In this document: piece by piece, positions 47,601 to 57,108 of the stretch
Position numbering within the stretch: the stretch's first letter is position 1
How the letters are laid out: every line of letters starts with the position of its first letter
DNA from: Planctomycetota bacterium
GTDB taxonomy: Bacteria > Planctomycetota > UBA8108 > UBA1146 > JAJFFE01
Direction: 5' to 3'
DNA length: 64,000 bases
Assembly: GCA_021776775.1 (NCBI GenBank)
Contig: JAJFFE010000175.1
Span: forward strand, 12,562-76,561
The notes under the pieces: model-generated
Database searches by the model: none
The model's input: the letters and a program-made list of their open reading frames with translations, nothing else
Told to the model about the DNA's origin: nothing
Made by a program: the position numbers and the translations under genes

Positions 47601-48000
47601 TCCACCTCGCCGATGGACCTGCCGCCTATTCGCCCTACGAATCGGGGTCTATCCCTCCGGCTCACCGCGCCAGTGACGAAGCTGTCGAGGACACCCTGGT
47701 CGCCGCCATCCTCACCGGTGGCCGAACCAAAGCCGCAATTGCGGTTTCCAAGATCGACTTCACCGCTTTTGTCAATTAGCGTTCGAGACATTCAAAGAAC
47801 ACCAGCAGAAATAGGGTTTCAGTGGACCCGCGGGTCCACTGTCCGCATTCGGCTCATTGTCGGATTCCCAATGGAACTGCGCCGAGAAAGGAGGGATGCG
47901 CAGCGTTCGCTTCGAGGCCGCACGGCCTGAAGCCGGTCTCGCTATTCACGACCCAGTTCGCAAGGGGCTACTTCCACCACTCGAGATATGGAGTACAGGC

Positions 48001-50682
48001 ATGAGAATACGTCGACTGAGAATAGAGTTCTGCGTCCTCCTCATCGTCATTGCCGCCGGGACCCTGCAGGCCCAGAGCATCCTCGTCCTAGACTATGGCA
48101 GTGAGGACAATGTTGCCCAGGACGCCCTGAACAATTTGGCGCTTCCGTTCACGCTTACGTCTGACCCGCCGTCGTTCGATACCGAGTTGACCGGCGGCAC
48201 TGAGTGGGATCTCGTGATCGTCGACAACCCGTCGAACTCGCTCACGGCAGGGGTAGAAACGAACCTGACAGACTACATCAACAACGGCGGGAAGCTCCTC
48301 TTCTCGTACTGGGATCTCGACGTGGCCGATCCCCTCTTGCAAGCGGCACTCGGAGTCGCGGCGACCACCAGCCTCACCACGCCGACCGAGATTCACGACT
48401 GGGGCACCGGCTCATCTCTATGGGCGCGCCCGAACGGTATCGGCAGCCCCATCACCGTCGAGGCGGACTCCTGGCTCAACAACGGGGACGCGATGACGGC
48501 AGCCCCCGGAGCGGTCGCAATCGGTGGCTTCACGCCGGGAGTAACGGCCGGCGAGGCGGCGATCATCGTCGGAAACGGCGGACGTACGATCACCTTCGGG
48601 CACGAGTTCGACAGTCTCGACGAGCCGGCCATCACCGGCATGATCGAAAACGCGGTTCAGCTCTGCCTCCAGAACAAGCACGTGCTACTCGTCGAGGACA
48701 CTTCGGTGGGATTCAGCACAACCGCGCACGACGCGCTCGACGCCGAAGGACTGATCTTCGACCAGGTCTCCCTTGCTGGCTTCAATCCCGCGCTCACGAG
48801 CGGCATCGCTTGGGATCTGGTAGTGGCCGAGATCGCGAACTTTCCGTTCGTGACCGACGACCTCGAGGCGTACATCGCCAGCGATGGAAAAGTGTTCATC
48901 TCGTATTGGGATTTGAACAACGCGGTTTCGCTCCAGGCGTCCCTCGGAGTGAGCGTCGCGTCGAGCTTCCTCGCTCCCATGGAAATCTTCGACTGGGGGG
49001 CCGGCGGATCGGCCGGTCAGATCTGGACGACGCCCAACGCGATCGGTGCGAGTATTCCCATGACTGCAGACGCCTTCGCAAACAACGGAGATCGCCTCGT
49101 CGGAGTCGACGGAGTCGAGGCCGGCGGTTTCACACTGACCCCGACACCCAACGAGGCAGCTGTCGTCATCAAGAACGATGGGAACTGCATCACGGTGGGG
49201 CACGATTTCATCAGTCTGCAACAGCCCGAAGCGACGAACTTTGTCCAGAACTGCATTCATAGACTCTGCAATCCGCCTCCCGCAAACGATGATTGCGCGA
49301 ACGCGCTCGCCGTAATCGAAGGCGACCATGCCTACTCGAACACTCTCGCCACGACCGATGGCCCGAGCCCGTGCGGAGCGATCGGGAGCGACATTTGGTA
49401 TAGCTACACGGCGCCCGAGGCGGGCACCGTAACACTCTCCACATGCCTTCAAGCGACCTACGACACCGCGCTCGCGATCTATCCTGGCGATCCGTGTCCG
49501 GCCGACGCCGTCGACGCGCTGGCTTGCAACGATGATTTCCCAGGATGCGGGTTAACCTCCACAACGACCTACACTATGGCTTCCGGCGAGACGATCCTGA
49601 TCCAAGTCGGAGGCTTTGCCGGCGGCATGGGCGATGGAACGCTCACCATCTCGTTTGCGCCCGCGCCGCTCCCGACCGACGTTTCGGGGTTCGATGTGGT
49701 GTTGGTCAACGGTGAGGGAGACGTCGACGGTGGTCTAGTAGTGAGCCAGCTCGCCTACACGGCTGCGTTGACCACCGCCGGACTCAGCTTCATCGAAATT
49801 GAACCCAACGTGCTCGGCCAAACACTGGTTGGTTGCCCGGCCGTCGCTTGGATCTACAACAATGGCACGTTCCCGGATGACGCGCCAGTCGACGCGGCGA
49901 TCATGGAACACCTCCGCGATTGCGTGCTCGCCGGTAACGCCGCGATGGCCAACGGCGGTGACATGTGGGGCTTTCTTCCGCCGACCGCGTACGATGACAT
50001 CGACGGGATCGACACCGACGCAGCTTCCGACGGTGGCGACACCGTCACGGATCTGGAAGGCGTCGCTGGCTCCTCGCTCGATGGTTTCGTGAGCGCCTAC
50101 GTTCAGGATCAACTCGGCAACGACTGGACCGACGTCTTGGCGCTCGCCGCCATCGGCGCCGGCACCGAGATCATGGGCGAGAACCAGGAGCTCGCCCTTT
50201 TCTCACCGGCTGCCGCCGCCGCAGCCGGTGCCGACTACAACGTCGGCGTCTACTACCCGCACGACGAAACCGTCGCCCCTGGCGCCGGTGACACGTTCTC
50301 GATGTCGATCGAACCCGCTGGCGTGGACGACCCGGCCACCTTCCTCGCCGATTGTTTCGCGCTCGTGTTCTTCCCGGCGCCGGACGGTGAAGTGTTCTCA
50401 CGCGGAGATTGCAACAACGACGGGTTATTCGACATCGGCGATGCGATCGCGGAACTCGACATCTTGTTCGGAGGAACCGGTCCGGCGGCGTGCGATGACG
50501 CGTGCGATGCGAACGACGACGGCTTGTTCGACATCGGAGACCCGATCTCCGTGCTGAGCACACTATTCGCCATGGGTGACTCCCCACCGGCTCCGTCATT
50601 CCCGGAGTGTGGCCTGGATCCGACGGACGACTTGCTCGGTTGTGACACTCAACCGGTCGAGGCGTGCGCCGATCTGAAGTAG
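48001..50682 (+). CDS. Secreted multidomain protein: signal peptide, two tandem ~250-aa domains of unknown function, PPC-like domain, C-terminal dockerin-like module. Paralog of 18562-21066.
   Basis: Signal peptide MRIRRLRIEFCVLLIVIAAGTLQAQS (ATG 48001). Two repeated WDLVIVD...LLFSYWDL / WDLVVAE...VFISYWDL units. PPANDDCANALAVIEGD...IWYSYTAPEAGTVTL is PPC-like. C-terminal SRGDCNNDGLFDIGDAIAELDILFGG...DANDDGLFDIGDPISVLSTLF...CGLDPTDDLLGC. Confidence 0.85.
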   Translation: MRIRRLRIEFCVLLIVIAAGTLQAQSILVLDYGSEDNVAQDALNNLALPFTLTSDPPSFDTELTGGTEWDLVIVDNPSNSLTAGVETNLTDYINNGGKLLFSYWDLDVADPLLQAALGVAATTSLTTPTEIHDWGTGSSLWARPNGIGSPITVEADSWLNNGDAMTAAPGAVAIGGFTPGVTAGEAAIIVGNGGRTITFGHEFDSLDEPAITGMIENAVQLCLQNKHVLLVEDTSVGFSTTAHDALDAEGLIFDQVSLAGFNPALTSGIAWDLVVAEIANFPFVTDDLEAYIASDGKVFISYWDLNNAVSLQASLGVSVASSFLAPMEIFDWGAGGSAGQIWTTPNAIGASIPMTADAFANNGDRLVGVDGVEAGGFTLTPTPNEAAVVIKNDGNCITVGHDFISLQQPEATNFVQNCIHRLCNPPPANDDCANALAVIEGDHAYSNTLATTDGPSPCGAIGSDIWYSYTAPEAGTVTLSTCLQATYDTALAIYPGDPCPADAVDALACNDDFPGCGLTSTTTYTMASGETILIQVGGFAGGMGDGTLTISFAPAPLPTDVSGFDVVLVNGEGDVDGGLVVSQLAYTAALTTAGLSFIEIEPNVLGQTLVGCPAVAWIYNNGTFPDDAPVDAAIMEHLRDCVLAGNAAMANGGDMWGFLPPTAYDDIDGIDTDAASDGGDTVTDLEGVAGSSLDGFVSAYVQDQLGNDWTDVLALAAIGAGTEIMGENQELALFSPAAAAAAGADYNVGVYYPHDETVAPGAGDTFSMSIEPAGVDDPATFLADCFALVFFPAPDGEVFSRGDCNNDGLFDIGDAIAELDILFGGTGPAACDDACDANDDGLFDIGDPISVLSTLFAMGDSPPAPSFPECGLDPTDDLLGCDTQPVEACADLK

Positions 50683-51432
50683 TGATCGACGCTCGAGAGA
50701 ACTGAGATAGCAAGCTTGGCGGAGTAGCTTTCGAAGGAAGCTACTCCGCATTTTCGTAACCTGCCCGCTGGGCGCCGACGAAAGCCGTCGGAGATTGCGG
50801 TGCCTCGAGGCACCGCAACCTGCTTCAAGCCGCTCGGCTTCGGTTGAGACGAACGCGGGCGAATCGCCGATGAGTTCGGCGACCCATGTGTCGGCGCGGA
50901 CAGTGGATGTCTCGTCACTGTCACCGTCACTCGTCACTAGCGCTGTCACCGTCACTAGCGGCGGTTGCTGCGTTGCTTGCCGTGCGACCATCCCAGTGGC
51001 TCGCTCTGGTTGCTGAACTCCCAGCCTCGCCCGATGAGTTCGATCGGAGTGTGATCACTGCCGACCGTCGGGCCGTAGTCGTCGAACAGTTCGTCGTAGA
51101 AGACTTGAGCGGAGCACATGCCAACCGGAAAGAGGAACGAGCGGAAGATCACGAAGAGAGGAATCGAACGGACATCGTGGCTCCTTGCGTACCTCGACCG
51201 GTCGGGAGGTCGTCGGGCGTGCAAAAGAGGGTTCGTTCCGAGGATGCCGAGGTCGCGGGACGGGACCGCCAAGATTGGATCTGCGCTTCGGAGTCGGGTT
51301 CTCGGGGGCCCGAGACGCTCGACCTTCGTTGGCGGGAATCTTCGATGGAAACGGCATCTACGGGAGTAGCCCTGGCTCGAGTACGCCAGGCAGTTCGCTC
51401 AAAAGCCCGAATCGGCTCGAACAGGATTTCCC

Positions 51433-53103
51433 ATGCCAAGACGACTCGCCGCGCTTCTCTTCTGCTTAGGGATGTCAGCACCGGTGCTGGCCCAAGCCCC
51501 GCAGATTTCGTCGTTGAGCGAGGCCACGCTTACCCGAAGTGGCCGGCTCGAAGTTTACGGGAGCGGATTCGGAACGCTGCAGGGAACGAGCCAGCTGTTC
51601 GTCGATGACTTGGAAGCCATCGTCACCTCGTGGGCGAACGACGAAATCCACGGCTATATCCCGGAAAGTGCGGCGGTCGGGTCGGTTCCCGTTCAAGTCG
51701 TCGCATCCGCGGGATCGAGCAACGTTCTCCCGCTCGACGTGACTCTTCGATCGGCGGTGGGTCACACGCGTTGGCGATTCGAGATGGACTCGCCAATCTC
51801 GGGCGCCTACACCGCGGTGGGTCCCAACGGCGTGGTCTACGCCACCGACATCGAGCGGATGTACGCGCTGTCGGCCACTGGCGCGCTGCTTTGGGTTCTT
51901 CCCGGGGCCGGCGGCGGGCGACCGATCGTCTTCGGAAACGACGGCACGCTCTACACAGGGTCGGACAGTGGCTTGGTCTCCGTCGACCCGGCCGGCGCGT
52001 TGAACTGGGAGTACTCTTCTGCCCCCCTCGCGATCTATGTCGCGGGTCCCGGTGTCGGGCCCGATGGAAACATCTACGGCGCTCAGGACGCCGTCCTCGG
52101 CGGAGCGTTGTACTCGCTCGATCCGAGCGGCGCTTTGATCTGGGATCTCCCGGGTGTGCTGGGATTGACGCTGGGTGGCAACGCCAACTGGAAGATCTCC
52201 TTCGCGGCCGATCGCTTCTACACCGGGGTCACTTGGGACGTGCATTGTTTCAGTCTCGACGGCGATCAACTCTGGAGCGCCGGCGACTTGGGTATTGCAA
52301 CTTCGTCTCTGGCAGAGCTGGATCCGCAAGGACGAGTCATCACGAGGTGGGCGCAGACCGGATTGAGGGCGTTGACCGAGGACGGAGATACCGACTGGCT
52401 CATCACGCCACCCGGAACCTTGAGCACGACGACGCAGCCGGTAGTCGGTCCCAACGGCGACATCTACATGGGCAATTTTTTCGGTTCCAACGTCTGGGCG
52501 TTCTATCCTGACGGCAGCCTCAAGTGGTTCCGCGATGACGCACCGGGAATCATGCAAAAGCTCGGAGTGAGTCCCAACGGCGCGGTGCTCGTCGACGGGG
52601 GCGGTCCCGGTTTCGGCTCCCCCGGCTTCTTCCGCGGATTCGATACCGACAACGGCGACCTCTTGTGGCAAGTCAACCTCTCCACGGTCGCGGGTTGGGA
52701 TGAACTCGCGTGGACGAACCAGCCAGCGTTCACGACCAACAGTGCGACAGCGTTCGTCACCTCCCGATTCGCCGGCAACGAGAACCACGGTTACTTGTAC
52801 GCGCTGCAAGTGGGAGACGACCAAGACCCGCTCTTCGTCCGCGGAGATGTCAACGCGGATGGATCGCTCGACATCTCGGATGCGGTCGCGTTGCTCGCAG
52901 CCCTCTTCGGCGGAAGCGTCATCGTCTGCGACGACGCGGCGGATTCCAACGACGACGACCTTCTCGATATCTCCGATCCTATCTCCGTCCTCGCCGCCCT
53001 GTTCGGATCGCCCTCGGTCCCGCCCGCGAGTCCCTTCCCGCTCTGCGGCAGCGACCCGACCCCCGGTCTTCTGGACTGTGTCGAGTTTCCTGCCTGCCCG
53101 TGA
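51433..53103 (+). CDS. Secreted protein: signal peptide, IPT/TIG-like domain, PQQ-like beta-propeller repeats, C-terminal dockerin-like module
   Basis: Signal peptide MPRRLAALLFCLGMSAPVLAQA. PQISSLSEATLTRSGRLEVYGSGFG is IPT-like. Repeated LW/PDG/NIY propeller blades. C-terminal VRGDVNADGSLDISDAVALLAALFGG...DSNDDDLLDISDPISVLAALF...CGSDPTPGLLDC. Confidence 0.8.
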   Translation: MPRRLAALLFCLGMSAPVLAQAPQISSLSEATLTRSGRLEVYGSGFGTLQGTSQLFVDDLEAIVTSWANDEIHGYIPESAAVGSVPVQVVASAGSSNVLPLDVTLRSAVGHTRWRFEMDSPISGAYTAVGPNGVVYATDIERMYALSATGALLWVLPGAGGGRPIVFGNDGTLYTGSDSGLVSVDPAGALNWEYSSAPLAIYVAGPGVGPDGNIYGAQDAVLGGALYSLDPSGALIWDLPGVLGLTLGGNANWKISFAADRFYTGVTWDVHCFSLDGDQLWSAGDLGIATSSLAELDPQGRVITRWAQTGLRALTEDGDTDWLITPPGTLSTTTQPVVGPNGDIYMGNFFGSNVWAFYPDGSLKWFRDDAPGIMQKLGVSPNGAVLVDGGGPGFGSPGFFRGFDTDNGDLLWQVNLSTVAGWDELAWTNQPAFTTNSATAFVTSRFAGNENHGYLYALQVGDDQDPLFVRGDVNADGSLDISDAVALLAALFGGSVIVCDDAADSNDDDLLDISDPISVLAALFGSPSVPPASPFPLCGSDPTPGLLDCVEFPACP

Positions 53104-53164
53104 TCTCCAAGAGCCCCTCAACCGTCATCCCTCCGACCGGAGTGGTTTGCGAAACGGAAAACCC

Positions 53165-54508
53165 ATGCGCATCACACTCATTGCGTCCCTCTTGCTCCTC
53201 TTCTTTTCGTCCACCGCTCGCAGCCAGGTCGAGTACATACTTCACATCATCACCCCGTTTCCCGGCGGAAGCTCCGGCGAAGCGTACGCGTGGGACGTCA
53301 ACGACGACGGAACCGCCGTCGGCTTGGCGACGGCAAGTACCTATCACGGTTTCTACTGGACGGTCGACGACGGCAAGATCGATCTCGGCGAAGGCGACGT
53401 GCGCGGCATCAACAATCTCGGCGTCGGAGTGGGCAACTCGCTCCAATGGTCGGACCCGACCAGCTTCTCGGTGATCCCAGCTCCTAGCACCTACTACTGG
53501 GCGGTGCACGCGCTCGACGTCAGTGATACGGGCATCGTCGTGGGAGAAGCGGTGCATCAGTACTCGGGTTCGACGTCGATTCAAACCGCGTTCGTGTGGG
53601 ACGAGGTCAACGGGACTCGCGACCTCAGCGCGCTCGGCGTACCGTCGGCGTTCATCGCGCACGCCGTCAACGACGCCGGCCAAATCGTCGGCGACACGAG
53701 TTCTTTCGGCAGCACGAGCACGGCGTCGGCTTTCTTGTTCGACCTGGCGACCAGCAACTACGTTGAACTCGGAAGTCTGCAGCCCGGTGGCGTCGGCAAT
53801 GCGTCCGCGCGCGACATCAACTCGAGCGGGACCGTGACCGGATACTCCTCGACGCCCGAGCTGTTCGTCGGCGACCACGCGTTCATCTGGACTGAAGCCG
53901 GCGGCATGCAGGACATCGGCGTCCTCGGCGTCTACTCGGACTTTCTGACCCTCGAAGACTCTCACGCCTACGGGATCAACGACGACGGAACCGTCGTCGG
54001 GAACAGCACCTCACCGAATGCAGCCACCAGCTGGGACGCGCGTCACGCATTCGTCTGGGACGCAACCCAGGGGATGCGGGATCTCAACGATCTCTGCGCT
54101 CGCCCGAGCGGGTACTACCTGATCAACGCCACCGCGATCAGCAACACGGGTTGGATCTGCGGAACGGGCTTCGGGAGCGCCGGCGGTGGGTTGGCCTCCG
54201 GGTTCGTCCTCGAGCCGATCGTCACGACCGCAGCCACGTTCGTGCGCGGCGACTGCAACAGCGACGGTCTCGTCGACATCGGTGACCCGGTGTTCCTCCT
54301 CTCGGCACTGTTCACCGTCGACGCGGCGCCGACGTGTGACGACGCGTGCGATACCAACGACGACGGAGGACTCGACATCGGCGACGCGATCCACGGCCTG
54401 AGCGCCCTCTTCGGCGGCGGCCCCACTCCGACGAGTCCCTACCCCAACTGCGGGACCGATCCGTCCACCGACACCCTGGAGTGCGCGGCGTTCGAAGCGT
54501 GTCCGTAG
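53165..54508 (+). CDS. Secreted HAF-family extracellular-repeat protein with C-terminal dockerin-like module
   Basis: Signal peptide MRITLIASLLLLFFSSTARSQ (ATG 53165). HAF-type repeats (AYAWDVNDDGTAVG, HAYGINDDGTVVG, AHAVNDAGQIVG). C-terminal VRGDCNSDGLVDIGDPVFLLSALF...DTNDDGGLDIGDAIHGLSALFGG...CGTDPSTDTLEC. Confidence 0.8.
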   Translation: MRITLIASLLLLFFSSTARSQVEYILHIITPFPGGSSGEAYAWDVNDDGTAVGLATASTYHGFYWTVDDGKIDLGEGDVRGINNLGVGVGNSLQWSDPTSFSVIPAPSTYYWAVHALDVSDTGIVVGEAVHQYSGSTSIQTAFVWDEVNGTRDLSALGVPSAFIAHAVNDAGQIVGDTSSFGSTSTASAFLFDLATSNYVELGSLQPGGVGNASARDINSSGTVTGYSSTPELFVGDHAFIWTEAGGMQDIGVLGVYSDFLTLEDSHAYGINDDGTVVGNSTSPNAATSWDARHAFVWDATQGMRDLNDLCARPSGYYLINATAISNTGWICGTGFGSAGGGLASGFVLEPIVTTAATFVRGDCNSDGLVDIGDPVFLLSALFTVDAAPTCDDACDTNDDGGLDIGDAIHGLSALFGGGPTPTSPYPNCGTDPSTDTLECAAFEACP

Positions 54509-55263
54509 CCGGGGGGCTCTGATCGCTCGCTGCAGACGGCGTCACTGTCTCTTTAGTAACGCTTCATAACGGCGATGGTCTTGGAGAGCCTTCAGCGTTT
54601 TCTCGTACACGGGTCTTAGTCTAACTTCGCTGCCGCGAGGCTTCTTGCGACGCCCCGATTCGAGCGATCCGATCCCGCACCGGGCCCGGACCTCGGATCG
54701 GGGCGTTTTTGTTTGTCGAGTTGGGAGTCGTGCTGCCCGCCACGACATCGTGCGACCTCCATGACGAGCACTCGAGACTCGGGCCTTGTCGCGTGATTGC
54801 GCAGAACCTACCGATCCAACTTGATCCTCGATCACTCAAATGCCGGAAGCCGCCGTAGTTCGATTGCTCGCGAACGATGCAGCAACGCCAGAAGCAACCT
54901 CGCTGGGGAAACGAGCCGAACGTCAGTCGCGGCCAGCGCCCGGTATTCAAGCAGTCAGCACACCGCTTGGGTTTGATCCCCAAGCACTCCCCCGCCCGCT
55001 GCTTGCGCTAACAAGGTTCAACAGGCTGCGACCCCGCATCTCGATGCGTTAGCCATCGTCGGTAAAGGGTGGCGAGACCCGAATCGGGGCGGTCGCGTCC
55101 GACGGACGGCACGGGATTCGGAAGGCCTGGTTCGGAAGGCGCGGTTCGGCGCATCCAGCGGTGTTCCCGGCGGTCGACGAGCGGACCCACGGGACCAGGA
55201 TTCGCGACCCGACCGGAGAAACTCCGGTGTCCCCCAAGGCGTCGACCGCGCACAATAGAAGCC

Positions 55264-55870
55264 ATGGCCGACAAGAAGAAGTCACCCAAGAAGTCTAAGA
55301 GCTTTGGCAGCTTCGCCGATCTCGCGAAGGCGATGGGGGTCGAAGGCGAAACCCCGGACGAGCCCGTGGCGGAGCCCGGTTGGACGTTCAAGCGCGCCGG
55401 CGAGGAAGAGGTCGATCTCGAGCTGGAGACCCAGATCGATGTCGGCCTTCGTCGGCGACCGCGGGCGTTCGGCCCGATGGAGCACGGCCCGCTGCCGTAC
55501 CGGAACATCGACTCCGAGGAGATGCAGCTCCTCAAGTCGTTTCGCGTCCGTACGCTGTTTCCGGCGGACGTCGCGGAGCGGGTGGCGGCGCTACCCGATG
55601 ATCCCGACCCGAGCGAATTCGCCGAGCGGCTCGACTTGCGCGACCAGTTGGTCTTCACGATCGACGGTGCGGACGCCAAGGACTACGACGACGCGATCTC
55701 CATGAACCGACTTCCTGGCGGCAACGTCGAGCTCGGCGTGCACATTGCGGACGTCGGTCACTACGTGACGCCGGGAACGCCGCTCGACGATGAGGCGATG
55801 GAACGGGGCACGAGCATCTACGTCGCCGACCAAGTAGTGCCGATGCTGCCCGAAAAACTCGACCTCGCCA
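55264..55870 (+). pseudogene. rnr: RNase II/R-family exoribonuclease, 5' fragment only. Ends a few residues into the RNB domain.
   Basis: LDLRDQLVFTIDGADAKDYDDAISM...VHIADVGHYV...TSIYVADQVVPMLPEKL matches the start of the RNB catalytic domain. Sequence after EKL is unrelated and stops at 55986. No continuation in any frame. Confidence 0.6.
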
Positions 55871-56109
55871 AGGGTTCCCATCGCAGAGCCCACTCCAAAC
55901 GGATAGATCTTGAAGGCAAACGTCGTGCACGATGTTGGCGCCAAGGGGTTGCAGAGCAGGACGTCGAAGTTCGTGGTACCCAGTAACGTGTTGACGTTGT
56001 TGCCGCCGAAGGTGCAGTTGACGAACCTGCTGGCAGTGGCGTCGTGACAGTACCGGGGGCGACCACACGCCTTTGGAACTGCTCTTTCGCGCGCTGCGTC
56101 TCGACACCC

Positions 56110-56205
56110 CCTACTTTCGGGCGTGGCTCGTCGACGCTAGGGACGAGGCGAACATCGTGAGTGCGAAGACCGCGGCGACTCCGACGACGGCGAGTACGGC
56201 GGGGA
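56110..56205. repeat. Direct repeat C, copy 2. This is the authentic 3' end of the DUF368 gene.
   Basis: See copy 1 at 44585-44682. Confidence 0.85.
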
Positions 56206-57058
56206 GCCATAGTTCGGCGCTGTCATTCGGCCAGCGGTTGGCGTCGGTGATGGTCTTGAACGGCCAGAGCTTGCGGAGTGATCCGAGCATGAAGCCACAC
56301 AAGAGTGCGAGCGTCGGATCGTGATACTTGGCGAGTAACCAACGGAGCAGCTTCGAGAACATCAATAGGCCAAGCAGCGCGCCGCAGGCGAAGACGATGA
56401 AGATGATGAGTTGCTCCGTGCTGATGTCGAATCGCCGCAGGCTGCGGATGCAGCCGAGCACCCAGTCGTACATGCCAAGAAGCAGCAGTAGGTACGATCC
56501 GCTGATGCCGGGGAGGATCATGGCGCAGATGGCGATGGCGCCGCAGATGAAGGCGTAGCCGTGCTCGCCGACTTGTTCGGGTCCGAACGGCAGTATCGTG
56601 CCGCCGGACTCGGGTCGGGTCAGCCAGTAGGCGAAGACGGCGCCGACCGGTAGCAGGACGATGGACGCGGCGCTCCAGCGACGAATCATGCGTCCGACCA
56701 AGGCGCCTGAGGCGAGGATCAATCCGAAGAACAGGCCGAAGGTCGGAGTGCGGTGGTCTTCGAGAAGGGTCTTCATAACACCGGCCAAGGTGAGCACCGC
56801 CACGCCAATGCCGAGACCGAGGACCAGCAAGAAGCGTAGATCGATGTGGCGTGCGGCATCGCCGAAGTTGCCCGCCTTCACGTGACCCCAGAACGTCATG
56901 TCGACGCGGCTGATCGCGGTGACGAGTCGTTCGTAGATTCCGAGGATCAACGCCATGGTGCCGCCGGAGACGCCGGGGATCACGTCGACGCTGCCCATGC
57001 AGAACCCGCAGAACGCGGTGTGCAGATCGGCACCGAAGCCAGACTTCCGAGAACTCAT
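56111..57058 (-). CDS. DUF368-family polytopic membrane protein
   Basis: Family motif DVIPGVSGGT near the N-terminus, about 8 TM helices, 315 aa. Confidence 0.75.
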   Translation of the reverse strand: MSSRKSGFGADLHTAFCGFCMGSVDVIPGVSGGTMALILGIYERLVTAISRVDMTFWGHVKAGNFGDAARHIDLRFLLVLGLGIGVAVLTLAGVMKTLLEDHRTPTFGLFFGLILASGALVGRMIRRWSAASIVLLPVGAVFAYWLTRPESGGTILPFGPEQVGEHGYAFICGAIAICAMILPGISGSYLLLLLGMYDWVLGCIRSLRRFDISTEQLIIFIVFACGALLGLLMFSKLLRWLLAKYHDPTLALLCGFMLGSLRKLWPFKTITDANRWPNDSAELWLPAVLAVVGVAAVFALTMFASSLASTSHARK

Positions 57059-57108
57059 CGTCGCGCTCTATTCAGGGTCTTGGCCGGGGCCTTCGAGGAT
57101 GGCCCTTG

